Source of the DNA: Calditrichaceae bacterium
GTDB taxonomy: Bacteria; Calditrichota; Calditrichia; Calditrichales; JBFXGD01
DNA length: 64,000 nt
Assembly: GCA_050173015.1 (NCBI GenBank)
Contig: JBFXLE010000001.1
Span: 160,001-224,000, forward strand
Reading direction: 5' to 3'
Part shown: piece after piece, positions 50,308 to 60,818 of the stretch
Layout: every line of letters begins with the position of its first letter
Numbering within the stretch: position 1 is the first letter of the stretch
Position numbers and translations under genes: made by a program
The notes under the pieces: model-generated
The model's database searches: none
Seen by the model: only the letters and a program-made list of their open reading frames with translations
Told to the model about the DNA's origin: nothing

Positions 50308-51482
50308 TGATTTTACATTTTGTTAAAGATGAAAAAGTTGTTGATCAAATAATTGAAAATTTTAGTCGTGTTTATGATCAAAATATTTTTCTAGTTTTCT
50401 GTAGAGATGTGGATGGACATTTGTTTAGACATATTAAACACACAGAGAAAGTTCAATGTTTTGATCCGATTGATAATAATATTAATAATGTAATAGCCAA
50501 GAATAAAGTAAGATCAATCCTGGTGCATGGATTATTTGTAGAATTTATAGAAACTATATTAAAAATAGAAAAAGAATTACGTATTGGTTGGTATGTATGG
50601 GGATTTGATCTTTATGGCTTACCGAAAATAAGGCCTGAGATATACGCTCCAATTACGGATCAGTTTTTAATGAAAAATACTAAATTATTGAGACTTAGGC
50701 GAGTGCTGAGAAAGAATAGAATTGCCAGAAAATTTTACTATCAAATTTTGGTGAATAAAGTTGATCCGTTGGAATTCAGGTTTAAAGCATTGGTGAAAAT
50801 GCAATTTTTTATTTCTTATCTAAAAGAAGATTATGATTATTTTGGCCGATATTATAAAAATAATTTAACATTTATAGATACTCCCTTTAGTACCATTGAC
50901 CAATACCTAGCCGGAAATCGAGGGGAAAAATTAGATTCCAATGCAAAAAATATACTTATTGGGAATTCAAATTCTCCTGAATCTAATCATCTGGATGTAC
51001 TTCTTATGCTAAAAAATACTTTGTCGAAAAGTGAGTTAGCAAATATCGACATTTATGTGCCATTGAGTTATGGCGAGAATGATAAATATAAAGATGAAAT
51101 AATAGGAACCGGTAAATCATTTTTCAGAGATATTTTTAAACCAATGTTAACTTTTATGGATAGAGATTCCTACATGAATGTGCTTTTGTCTTGTTCTATT
51201 GGCATATTTTTTCACTATAGACAACAGGCGATGGGAAACATAATTGCAATGCTGTGGTTTGGCTCCAGAATCTATTTATCAAAAAAAAATCCTGCATATT
51301 ATTTTTTCAAAAGAAAGAATATGCATGTTTTTGATCTTGAAAGTGAATTTTCGATATATAAACTCGCACCTTTAGATGATAATCAAATTAAGGAGAATAG
51401 AACACAATTGAATAATATGTTTTCTGGTGATAATATAGATAATGGATTGAAAGTGCTTATACAAGTATTATTAGATGAATAA
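50307..51482 (+). CDS. TDP-Fuc4N-acyl transferase (WecF-like, GT56)
   Basis: WGFDLY, ILIGNS....NH, VPLSYG, RQQAMGN. Confidence 0.82.
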   Translation: MILHFVKDEKVVDQIIENFSRVYDQNIFLVFCRDVDGHLFRHIKHTEKVQCFDPIDNNINNVIAKNKVRSILVHGLFVEFIETILKIEKELRIGWYVWGFDLYGLPKIRPEIYAPITDQFLMKNTKLLRLRRVLRKNRIARKFYYQILVNKVDPLEFRFKALVKMQFFISYLKEDYDYFGRYYKNNLTFIDTPFSTIDQYLAGNRGEKLDSNAKNILIGNSNSPESNHLDVLLMLKNTLSKSELANIDIYVPLSYGENDKYKDEIIGTGKSFFRDIFKPMLTFMDRDSYMNVLLSCSIGIFFHYRQQAMGNIIAMLWFGSRIYLSKKNPAYYFFKRKNMHVFDLESEFSIYKLAPLDDNQIKENRTQLNNMFSGDNIDNGLKVLIQVLLDE

Positions 51483-52914
51483 TGATAACCTAAAAGATAA
51501 AACGATAAATGGCGTAAAATGGACTACGATATCAACTATCGTCCTTGCCATTGCGGGATTGTTAAAAATATCAGTTTTGGCGCGTTTTTTAGAACCATCT
51601 GATTTTGGGCTCATGGCCCTAATTACTTTTGTCTTAGGTTTTTTAAATTTATTTATGGATATGGGCTTAACTTCTGCCATTCTGCATAAACAAGATATTT
51701 CAAAATCTGAATATTCGAGTTTATTTTTTTTAAATATAATTTTTAGTTTAATTTTGTTTTGCTTGATCGTTCTGGTAAGCCCTATATTTGCAAGTTTTTA
51801 CAAAGAGACTGAGCTCGCTGTGTTAATACCTTTAATGTCTATAAGCATAATAATCTCTGCTCTTGGAGGACAATTCAAAACAGTAGAGCAAAAAAATCTA
51901 AATTTTAAATTTATTTCAAGCATAGATATTCCAAGTGCATTTGCGGGATTGATTAGTGGAGTTGTTCTCGCGTATTTTAATTTTGGTGTTTATGCATTGG
52001 TATATAGTGCGCTCATCCAATATGCATTATCAAATATGACTTACTTCATAAAAGGAGTATCTAAAAAAAGGATAGTGTTCCATTTTAACTTTAGAGAAAC
52101 GAAACGTTTCTTAAAAATTGGTATTTACCAGGTTGGTGGTCAATTTATCAATTATATGAATCGGGATCTTGACGTGTTAATTATCGGAAAGTTTTTTGGA
52201 GCGGATGTCTTGGGTGGATATAGTTTAGCAAAGCAATTGGTTAGAAGACCTCTGCAAATTATAAATCCCATAGTTACGAAAGTTGGAATTTCAGTATTAC
52301 CTCGATTTCAAAATGATAATAAATTGCTTAGAAGATTTTTCTTAAAATTATTTAATGGTCTTGGTTCAATTAACGCATTTGTATATGGATTTGCAGCTAT
52401 CATGGCGAATTATCTTGTATTGCTCTTTTATGGGGAAGAGTTTTTGAAAATTACCAAATTAGTTCAGTGGTTCGCGATCCTTATATTTTTAAGATCGATG
52501 GGTAATCTTGTAGGTTTGCTTGTGATTACTAAAGGGCGAACCGACTATGAATTTTATTGGAATATTATGGTATCATTGCTAATGCCGGCTTCGATAATAA
52601 TTGGCGTAATGTATTCAGTAGAAGTAGTCATCATTTTGATGGCGATTGTTCAAATACTATTAGTGATACCAAGCTGGTTTATATTCTATAAAAGATTGAT
52701 TAATTTAAATTTGTTTGCATTTATCAAAGTCAATTTTTCATATTTAATTATTGCTGCTCTGTTTGTTCTTCTTAGCCAGGCAATATTTATTAATAGCATT
52801 ATATGGAAATTCACTACTTTGATCTTGATGGGAGTGATTTTATGCATCAACCTGTTCAGAGAATTAGAAGAGTTCCGATATTTAATAAGAAAAATAAAAA
52901 TGCGCTTAGTTTAG
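51475..52914 (+). CDS. wzx: Wzx flippase (WzxC-like)
   Basis: LARFLEPSDFGLMA, DMGL, GVYALV; many TMs. Confidence 0.9.
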   Translation: MNNDNLKDKTINGVKWTTISTIVLAIAGLLKISVLARFLEPSDFGLMALITFVLGFLNLFMDMGLTSAILHKQDISKSEYSSLFFLNIIFSLILFCLIVLVSPIFASFYKETELAVLIPLMSISIIISALGGQFKTVEQKNLNFKFISSIDIPSAFAGLISGVVLAYFNFGVYALVYSALIQYALSNMTYFIKGVSKKRIVFHFNFRETKRFLKIGIYQVGGQFINYMNRDLDVLIIGKFFGADVLGGYSLAKQLVRRPLQIINPIVTKVGISVLPRFQNDNKLLRRFFLKLFNGLGSINAFVYGFAAIMANYLVLLFYGEEFLKITKLVQWFAILIFLRSMGNLVGLLVITKGRTDYEFYWNIMVSLLMPASIIIGVMYSVEVVIILMAIVQILLVIPSWFIFYKRLINLNLFAFIKVNFSYLIIAALFVLLSQAIFINSIIWKFTTLILMGVILCINLFRELEEFRYLIRKIKMRLV

Positions 52915-53006
52915 ATACTTAATTTGTTAAACATGTGCGATATAGATCAATCCTAATAATTAAAATGCTAAATTCTTAATATATAAATGAGATAAAAAGC
53001 TAAAAA

Positions 53007-54299
53007 ATGAAGAATTTGAAAAAAGTTGTAATTATCGCCCCTTATTTTAATAATGATAGCCATGTTGGAGTATATAGAATAAAAAGATTTATAAAGTGGC
53101 TAAAATTGAAAGATTATGAAATTGTTTTAGTAAGCGCAGGTAGCAGTGATAACTTGCTAAGACATAAGGACACAATTGAAATTACTATAAAAGATCCTTT
53201 GGGATTAAATATTAATTCGAAAGATCAAAAAGTATCACTAAATGTCAAAAAACGTAAACCAAACGCGCTTAGGAGGAAAATTGTCTATTGGCTTTTTACA
53301 CCTGATCCAACCATAGTCTGGTCCAGAAGGGTTATGAAATCCAAACTAGTCCTTAAATATATTGCAGATGCATCATTTGTTCTATCTTCAAGTCCTCCCG
53401 AATCAGTACATTTAGCAGCAGCAAAACTAGCAAAAAAAATTAAGGCATCTTTTATTATGGATATGCGTGATGGGTGGATAGACGAACCCTTAAAGCCAAT
53501 TTTGAAAAAATCAGGAATAAGAAATTGGCTGGAAACAAAGATGGAGAAGAAATTATTGAAGCAGGCTAAGATAATTTTTGTCTCATCGGATAATTGGCGT
53601 GATAGTTTATTAACACGAGTAAAATGCACACATAAAAAAGTTATTACACTTACGAATGCTTATCCTGAAGCATATCTACATCTATTCGATTCTAAAACAT
53701 CCAAAAAGATATCAGATAAAAGGGAAAAGCATATCACTCTTTTGCACGCTGGCAAATTTACTGAGTCGCGGGGGACGCAAAAACCTGAATTATTATTGAT
53801 ACCTTTATTGGAAGGAATTAAGACAGAAAACAACCTATCTGGGACCTTGATATTAATGGGTTATTTAAATGAAAGTGATAAGAAAACGATTGGGGCATTT
53901 TCAGAAAATTTCAAGAAAAGCGGGTGGTCTATCGAGATCTGGGATTCTGTGCCGAGAGAAAAAATGATGTTGTTATTAAAAAAAGCAGACGGCTTATTGC
54001 TTCTTTCAGTCTCTGAAGCAGCGATACCAAGTAAATTATTTGAATATTTGATGGCCAAAAAACCAATTTTGGCGGTAACTCCGCAAAACAGTTCTGTATG
54101 GAATATTTGCAAACCATTGCCTCAAATATCTGTCATAGATTCGAATTTTTCAAAAGATGATTCGCTTAAAAATGAGCTCATAAAGTATTTTTACTCATGT
54201 AAAAATGGATGTTATAATTTTATTGTTCCTCAAGAATTCACGGAAGGATATTTGGGGCAGAAATATTTAAGAGCTTTATCAGAAATATCAAGCACGTAA
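53007..54299 (+). CDS. Glycosyltransferase (GT4-like)
   Basis: SSSPP, DMRDGW, TNAY, IPSKLFEY...KPIL. Confidence 0.85.
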   Translation: MKNLKKVVIIAPYFNNDSHVGVYRIKRFIKWLKLKDYEIVLVSAGSSDNLLRHKDTIEITIKDPLGLNINSKDQKVSLNVKKRKPNALRRKIVYWLFTPDPTIVWSRRVMKSKLVLKYIADASFVLSSSPPESVHLAAAKLAKKIKASFIMDMRDGWIDEPLKPILKKSGIRNWLETKMEKKLLKQAKIIFVSSDNWRDSLLTRVKCTHKKVITLTNAYPEAYLHLFDSKTSKKISDKREKHITLLHAGKFTESRGTQKPELLLIPLLEGIKTENNLSGTLILMGYLNESDKKTIGAFSENFKKSGWSIEIWDSVPREKMMLLLKKADGLLLLSVSEAAIPSKLFEYLMAKKPILAVTPQNSSVWNICKPLPQISVIDSNFSKDDSLKNELIKYFYSCKNGCYNFIVPQEFTEGYLGQKYLRALSEISST

Positions 54300-54412
54300 G
54301 ATAAACTATCCACCGTTTATACTTATTTAGGAGTTTAATAGAAAATCTTGTTTATAGACCTTCGGTAATGAATAATAAAACATATTCAATTATTTAAATA
54401 TTAGTTTATAGA

Positions 54413-55690
54413 ATGAATCTTAATCCAGTTAATAAAAAATATACAACAAGACTTCCCAATATTGATGATTTAATCATTAATATTTTGTTTCTATTGGGAG
54501 CCATACCATTCGGGCAGATATTTAAGCTCTCACTTGGTGGAATTATTCTAAATTCATTTGAGCTACTATATTTAAGTTTGATATTTTTATTGTTGATCAG
54601 ACTCTTAATAAAAGGAAGACTCTATAAATTTTATAGTTTTTTTTTATTTATAGGTCTGGTAATAGTTTATGTTATCGGTTCAAATTATTTCCGAGATATA
54701 ACATATCACAAATCTTTAATACAACTTCGATTTTATCTTCCATTCTTTTTAGCTGGCCTCATACTGATAGTTGGTACTGAAATTGAGCGTATACGATATT
54801 TGAGAGTAATATTGTATGCAAGTATTATCAGTAGCGCGACATCCTTGATTATACATTATATTTACCCGGAAATTTTTGTGAAAAGCTTTTCTGCCTCTGA
54901 AGAGTTGATAGAAATCTATACTATTCATGGAAGGTTATATTGGAAAAACGTGCTATTGTTGTTCTTCGTGATCTATATAAAATTTGGAGGTGTTGAAAAT
55001 CTGTCAATCAAGCCTTTTGTAATCAATTCAGCGGTTGTTCTCAATTTGCTTGCAGCATTCAGTACTTTAAACAGAACACTAATGATAGGGGTTGTAATTT
55101 TCGTTTTATTTACAATATATAATTCAGACACATCGAGAGCGATGCTCATAAAGTCATGGGAATATTTTCGCTGGAGTCTTGGAATACTTATATCAATAAT
55201 GCTGGTAGCAAATATCGATAAGCGATTGTACCATTTAATTGAATTGAGACTGTTTGGGGATGGTCACGGATTGGAGAAGGTATATGAAAATGCTGTACTT
55301 CTGGGTAGAGTGAACAATTATGAACAATATGTTGCGAGCATTAGTAATTACTTCCCATTTGGACAAGGTTTGGGACAGTGCTTTTCAATTAATGCAAATT
55401 TAGTAGATATCTACACGTCCGATATATCATTAATTTCCTTCCTTTTGCCATTTGGGATATTCGGGATAATTATTTTAGTAATATTCATAAGGAGATTGTT
55501 TCATCTAATTAATGATATTCGATTCCCCTTAAACCGGAAAGAGAGGTACTCTTTAAATTTACTTTTAATTGTATCATTACTAATGTCATTGAACATTGAT
55601 TTATTCTCAAGAGACAATTTTATAATATTTTTTTCTTTTTTAGTCATGACATTAAAGAATTCTCAAAAATCGTTGTTTAATTTACATTGA
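54413..55690 (+). CDS. wzy: Probable O-antigen polymerase Wzy
   Basis: About 11 TM segments, periplasmic loop with R..Y and PFGQGLG; located inside the locus. Confidence 0.7.
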   Translation: MNLNPVNKKYTTRLPNIDDLIINILFLLGAIPFGQIFKLSLGGIILNSFELLYLSLIFLLLIRLLIKGRLYKFYSFFLFIGLVIVYVIGSNYFRDITYHKSLIQLRFYLPFFLAGLILIVGTEIERIRYLRVILYASIISSATSLIIHYIYPEIFVKSFSASEELIEIYTIHGRLYWKNVLLLFFVIYIKFGGVENLSIKPFVINSAVVLNLLAAFSTLNRTLMIGVVIFVLFTIYNSDTSRAMLIKSWEYFRWSLGILISIMLVANIDKRLYHLIELRLFGDGHGLEKVYENAVLLGRVNNYEQYVASISNYFPFGQGLGQCFSINANLVDIYTSDISLISFLLPFGIFGIIILVIFIRRLFHLINDIRFPLNRKERYSLNLLLIVSLLMSLNIDLFSRDNFIIFFSFLVMTLKNSQKSLFNLH

Positions 55691-56008
55691 AATCAACTAA
55701 ATTCGTTTATAAAAGCGTTAGGAAGTGTTGGGATTTCTTCAAGAGCTTTAATAATATTATAAGATATTTGTAATCAGGTGAAGCAATATCAAATAATTGT
55801 GTAAAATGCAAAAGTAAAGATATGAGTAGAATATAATTATTCTTAAAGTTAATCCATTAGGTATATAATTAAGTTTGATTTTGCAATAGCCGGTTTAAGC
55901 GATCCAAATTTCAAATCAAATACAATTCGACTTCCTTGTAAATTCGAGTGAGTCGGGGCAGGTATAAAAGGGGAGTTTTCTATCATTCTTTTACCAGTTA
56001 AAAATGTT

Positions 56009-56953
56009 ATGAACAAATTGGATATAATAATAGTAAATTGGAATTCCGGTAGACAATTAAAGAGTTGTCTGGAATCTGTCGCTAAAACGAAAAAAGATGG
56101 GTTCCAGTTAAATCATGTCTTTATAGTGGATAATGCGTCCAGGGATGATTCTCTGGAAGGAATTCTGGAATCGAAGTTACCCATCACAATAAAGCAGAAC
56201 AAAGAGAATTTTGGATTCGCAACTGCTTGTAATCAGGGTGCACGAGAAAGTAATGCGGATCTTTTGTTGTTCTTAAATCCGGATACAATCCTTTTTGAGA
56301 ACTCATTAGATAAAACAATTGCATTTATGCAAGATTCGATTAACTCAAAAGTTGGAATATGTGGCATACAGTTAGTTAATGATAAAGGAGAAATAACACG
56401 CACATGTGCAAGATTTCCAAAACTTTCAATCTTTATCACAAAAATACTGGGTCTAAATTTAATTTTTCCAATAAATTTCAAAAGCCATTTTATGACAGAC
56501 TGGGATCATACGCAAACCAGAGATGTTGATCAAGTGATGGGTGCCTTTTTTATGATAAGACGCCCTTTATTTGAAGATTTGAAAGGGTTCGATGAGAGAT
56601 TCTTTGTATATTTTGAGGAGGTTGATCTATCAGTCAGAGCTAAAAATATGGGATGGAGAAGTATTTATTACTCAGAAGTTCAGGCATATCATTATGGTGG
56701 CGGTACATCAGAACAGATAAAAGCGCGGAGACTTTTTTATAGCCTTAGAAGCAGAATTTTATACGGATATAAACATTTCAATTTTATTTCAGCTTCTATT
56801 TTATTGATTGTTACTCTATTTATTGAGCCATTCACCAGGATTATGTTTTCAATTGTACAAAGATCATACAGCCAGGTTCAAGAAACTATTGGGGGGTATT
56901 TTTTAGTTTGGAAAGATATTAAAAACATTATATTAAAAATCAGGCAGCCTTGA
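56009..56953 (+). CDS. Glycosyltransferase family 2
   Basis: IIIVNWNS, VDNAS, NFGFATACNQG, LNPD, GFDERFFVYFEEVD. Confidence 0.92.
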   Translation: MNKLDIIIVNWNSGRQLKSCLESVAKTKKDGFQLNHVFIVDNASRDDSLEGILESKLPITIKQNKENFGFATACNQGARESNADLLLFLNPDTILFENSLDKTIAFMQDSINSKVGICGIQLVNDKGEITRTCARFPKLSIFITKILGLNLIFPINFKSHFMTDWDHTQTRDVDQVMGAFFMIRRPLFEDLKGFDERFFVYFEEVDLSVRAKNMGWRSIYYSEVQAYHYGGGTSEQIKARRLFYSLRSRILYGYKHFNFISASILLIVTLFIEPFTRIMFSIVQRSYSQVQETIGGYFLVWKDIKNIILKIRQP

Positions 56954-58023
56954 TTTTGAGAGTATTAGTGTTAACGAGATACAGTAAATTGGGTGCAAGC
57001 AGCAGATTAAGAATATACCAGTATATTCCTTTTTTAGAAGTGGAGAAAATACAATTTGATATCTCTTCATTCTTTGATGACGATTACCTTAAACGACTCT
57101 ATAGCAACCAGAAAGCTTCAAAATTTAAGATTCTTATATATTATCTGAAACGAATAAAACAAATTTATAAAAGTAAAAATTATGATTTGGTTTGGTTTGA
57201 TAAAGAACTATTACCTTATTTCCCTGCAATTGGTGAATGGTTTCTAAAGATGATGGGAGTACATTATATAGTAGATTTTGATGATGCCGTTTTTCATAAC
57301 TATGATTTACACAAAAATTTATTGGTTCGAAAAATGCTGGGAAAAAAAATTGATCATGTTATGAAGCTCGCATCTGCAGTCGTTGTTGGTAATCAATATC
57401 TCTTAGAGAGGGCAAAAATCGCAGGGGCCAAAAACATAAATATTGTTCCAACAGTAGTGGATATAAAAAAATATAAAATTACAAAAAATAAAGGTAAATC
57501 AAAAGTGTTTACAATCGGCTGGATTGGTACACCTATCACAGCAAGATACCTTGATATTATTAATTCAGTGTTAACTGATCTGTATAAAAATTATGTTTTT
57601 AAATTTTCAGTCATTGGTTTATCCGGAATGGTTTTTAAAGAAGAATACTATAATGTAATCCCTTGGTCAGAATCAACTGAAGTGGAAGAGATTCAAAAAT
57701 TTGATGTAGGAATTATGCCGTTGTTCAATACTCCATGGGAGCAAGGAAAATGCGGATATAAGTTAATCCAGTATATGGCCTGTGGTATTCCGGTCATCGC
57801 ATCACCGATAGGTATTAATCAAAGTTTAGTTGAAAACGGTAAAAATGGCTTCATTGCCTCGACAGAGGAGGAATGGCTTAACTCATTAAAGATTCTAATC
57901 GAAAACAAAAATATGGCTCGTGAAATGGGTTTGTATGGCCGTTACCTAGTTGAACAAAAATATTCAATTCAATCAACAATAAATTACTTGACGAATATCT
58001 TAAAATTGAACACGGGAATATAG
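56950..58023 (+). CDS. Glycosyltransferase family 4
   Basis: ASSRLR, DFDDA, GWIGT, KCGYKLIQYMACGIPV. Confidence 0.92.
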   Translation: MILRVLVLTRYSKLGASSRLRIYQYIPFLEVEKIQFDISSFFDDDYLKRLYSNQKASKFKILIYYLKRIKQIYKSKNYDLVWFDKELLPYFPAIGEWFLKMMGVHYIVDFDDAVFHNYDLHKNLLVRKMLGKKIDHVMKLASAVVVGNQYLLERAKIAGAKNINIVPTVVDIKKYKITKNKGKSKVFTIGWIGTPITARYLDIINSVLTDLYKNYVFKFSVIGLSGMVFKEEYYNVIPWSESTEVEEIQKFDVGIMPLFNTPWEQGKCGYKLIQYMACGIPVIASPIGINQSLVENGKNGFIASTEEEWLNSLKILIENKNMAREMGLYGRYLVEQKYSIQSTINYLTNILKLNTGI

Positions 58024-58163
58024 TAAATTCTCAGTAAAGCAGGTCTAATAAATTTTAATTTCCCTGATCATAAAAAAATTAAAGATACTCTTAATTATAA
58101 TGGACATGATGAACAATCATATTTTGAAGTTAAAAATAAATTATTTTGGCAACTAACTGAATT

Positions 58164-59297
58164 ATGAAAAAACGAACAATTATCTTTGTAGCTAACAGGG
58201 GATTTGCATTATATAATTCCAGATTAATGTTGATGCGTCATTTTTTAAGAAATGGGTGGAATGTGATTGCAATCACCGGTTTAGATAGATATACGGATAT
58301 GCTAAAAAATGAAGGCATTTCTATAGAACCAATTCATGTAATGAGAGGAAATATTTCTATCATTAATGATTTAAAATTATATTTGAGATTAAAAAAAATA
58401 TATAAACAATATGATCCGACCCTGATCCATCATTTTCATTCAAAGCCAGTTATTTTAGGAACACTCGCGGGTAGAAAAAGGAGAAAATTTGGAACAAGAA
58501 TTGTCAATACCATAACTGGAATTGGTAACGCAATAAATACTGAAGGAAAAAAGAAAATACCTGCCGGATTAGGATATAAATTGGCAATTTCTAAAAATGA
58601 TAGAGTGGTTTTCCAAAATGCTGATGATTTAGATTGTTTTCATAAATCAGGCTGGGTACAAAATAACAGTGAGAGACTAATTGTGAGTTCAGGAGTGGAT
58701 ATTCATCGATTTTCTTCAATACGAAACAGAAATGATAGAAAAAACATCAAAATTTTAATGATTAGTAGATTGTTATGGCAAAAAGGTGTGGGCGAATTCC
58801 TAGAAGCGGCTCGATTGGTTAAGAAGCAGTTGCCGAATGTTGAATTTTTATTAGCAGGTGAATTTGATTCAAAACATCCTGATGCAGTTTCTGAGAGTGC
58901 ATTAAAAAAATACACTGAGAGCAATATTGTTAAGTTCTTGGGGTATATTGATAAACCCGAAAATCTATATCATGAGGTAGACCTTTTTGTATTCCCTTCC
59001 TATTATCGGGAAGGGGTACCAAGAGTTGTACTTGAAGCAGCCGCCTGTAATTTACCTGTCATTGGGTGTGATGTCCCCGGAACACGAGAGGCCATTATTG
59101 ATGGAAAAACAGGATATTTAGTGAATCCGAAGAATATTATTCAATTAGCAAAAAAAATAACTGAGCTGGCAAATGATCATGATAAAAGAGTTAAAATGGG
59201 CGATGCAGCACATGAATTCATGAAATCTGAATTCGATATTAATATTATTACCGAAAAATATCTTGATATTTACCGTGAAGTAGGAATTGAAATTTAG
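58164..59297 (+). CDS. Glycosyltransferase family 4 (CapM/PglA-like)
   Basis: FQNADD, SGVD, RLLWQKGVGEF, PSYYREGVPRVVLEA. Confidence 0.92.
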   Translation: MKKRTIIFVANRGFALYNSRLMLMRHFLRNGWNVIAITGLDRYTDMLKNEGISIEPIHVMRGNISIINDLKLYLRLKKIYKQYDPTLIHHFHSKPVILGTLAGRKRRKFGTRIVNTITGIGNAINTEGKKKIPAGLGYKLAISKNDRVVFQNADDLDCFHKSGWVQNNSERLIVSSGVDIHRFSSIRNRNDRKNIKILMISRLLWQKGVGEFLEAARLVKKQLPNVEFLLAGEFDSKHPDAVSESALKKYTESNIVKFLGYIDKPENLYHEVDLFVFPSYYREGVPRVVLEAAACNLPVIGCDVPGTREAIIDGKTGYLVNPKNIIQLAKKITELANDHDKRVKMGDAAHEFMKSEFDINIITEKYLDIYREVGIEI

Positions 59298-59305
59298 AGT
59301 AATAT

Positions 59306-60163
59306 ATGAATAAAACATACAAACCAGTTATAATAATAGGTGCGCCGCGTTCAGGAACAAACATATTAAGGGATGTTCTAACAAGTCTCTCCGGTGTTGG
59401 TACCTGGCCTTGTGATGAAATAAATTATATTTGGCGTCATGGAAATGTCAAATATCCGTCGGATGAATTTCCTCCGGATTTGGCGAACCTGAAAGTCAAA
59501 GAATTTATAAATGGGCAATTCAGAAAGTTGGCAATCCAATATGATTTAGATTATATAGTTGAAAAAACGTGTGCGAATTCTTTGAGAGTCGGATTTGTAA
59601 ATGAAGTGATGCCAAATGCAAAATATATTTTTATTATTCGGAATGGTATAGATGTGACAGCATCAGCAATAAAAAGATGGAAAGCAGATTTAGATTTGAA
59701 ATATGTTCTAAGAAAGGCAAGATATATTCCTGCGTCCGATATACCATATTATTCGACAAAATATATCTGGAATCGATTATATAAGCTCATGAATTCTGAC
59801 AAACGATTAGCATTCTGGGGTCCTAAGCTAAATGAAATGAATGATCTGTCAAATCAATATTCTATTCATGAAATCGCGGCATTACAATGGCAGAAATGTG
59901 TAATCAATGCAGAAAATGATTTTAAGCATATTAACGAAACTAGGATACATCGATTAAAATATGAAAATTTTGTCCTGAATCCTGAAAATGAATTAGCTGA
60001 GATTTGTGACTTTATGGAAGTTCCAATACCAAATAATTTAAATTTAATTTCAAAACAAGTTTCAAAATCTAGTATTGGAAAGGGAACCGGTAGCTTAAAT
60101 CCTGATATCCTTAACAAAATTGTGCCTTTAATAAAAAACACATTACAAGAGTATAATTATTAA
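59306..60163 (+). CDS. Sulfotransferase family protein
   Basis: IGAPRSGTN, VEKT, IIRNGIDVTAS, YENFV.NP. Confidence 0.88.
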   Translation: MNKTYKPVIIIGAPRSGTNILRDVLTSLSGVGTWPCDEINYIWRHGNVKYPSDEFPPDLANLKVKEFINGQFRKLAIQYDLDYIVEKTCANSLRVGFVNEVMPNAKYIFIIRNGIDVTASAIKRWKADLDLKYVLRKARYIPASDIPYYSTKYIWNRLYKLMNSDKRLAFWGPKLNEMNDLSNQYSIHEIAALQWQKCVINAENDFKHINETRIHRLKYENFVLNPENELAEICDFMEVPIPNNLNLISKQVSKSSIGKGTGSLNPDILNKIVPLIKNTLQEYNY

Positions 60164-60172
60164 GTATTTTTT

Positions 60173-60769
60173 ATGTCAAAAAGAAATAAAATTATTAAAC
60201 GGATATTTGATGTTTTGTTTTCATTCATCGGTCTAATCTTATTTAGCTGGCTAATCTTTATTGCTTTTGTCCTGGCATCAATAACCACAAAATCGAGTGG
60301 TTTTTTTATACAGGAACGAATTGGTAGGAATGGGCGGAAATTTAAGATTATAAAAATTAAAACTATGATTAGTAACCCCCAAATAAGTAGCTGTGTCACT
60401 ACCGAGAATGATCCTAGAATTACGCGATTGGGCAAAATATTTAGAAAAACAAAAATTGATGAATTGCCACAGCTTTTGAATGTGCTAATTGGAGATATGA
60501 GTTTTGTAGGTCCTCGTCCAGACGTAGAATCTTATTATGTAAATTTGTCGGAAAATGATAAAATCATCCTTACTGTTAGACCGGGTATCACTGGTCCGGC
60601 CACGTTAAAATATCGCAATGAAGAAAAAATATTATCCATGCAAGAAAACCCCGAACAATATAGTCGCAATATAATTTTTCCCAACAAAATAGCCTTAAAC
60701 AAGGATTACATTAAAAATTATGGTCTAAATAAAGATTTTTACTATATCTTTAAAACCATTTTTAAATGA
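60173..60769 (+). CDS. Initiating sugar-phosphate transferase (PglC-like)
   Basis: KRIFD, DPRIT, KIDELPQL.NVL.GDMSFVGPRP, RPGITG. Confidence 0.94.
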   Translation: MSKRNKIIKRIFDVLFSFIGLILFSWLIFIAFVLASITTKSSGFFIQERIGRNGRKFKIIKIKTMISNPQISSCVTTENDPRITRLGKIFRKTKIDELPQLLNVLIGDMSFVGPRPDVESYYVNLSENDKIILTVRPGITGPATLKYRNEEKILSMQENPEQYSRNIIFPNKIALNKDYIKNYGLNKDFYYIFKTIFK

Positions 60770-60818
60770 ATTATAAATTTAGAAATAAATACATTCTATT
60801 TAACTTTTATTATTTCAA

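Noticed and set aside
55925-55995. Possible IS end or remnant between wzy and GT2
   Set aside because: A GC-richer patch, but no partner inverted repeat, target duplication or transposase is visible.
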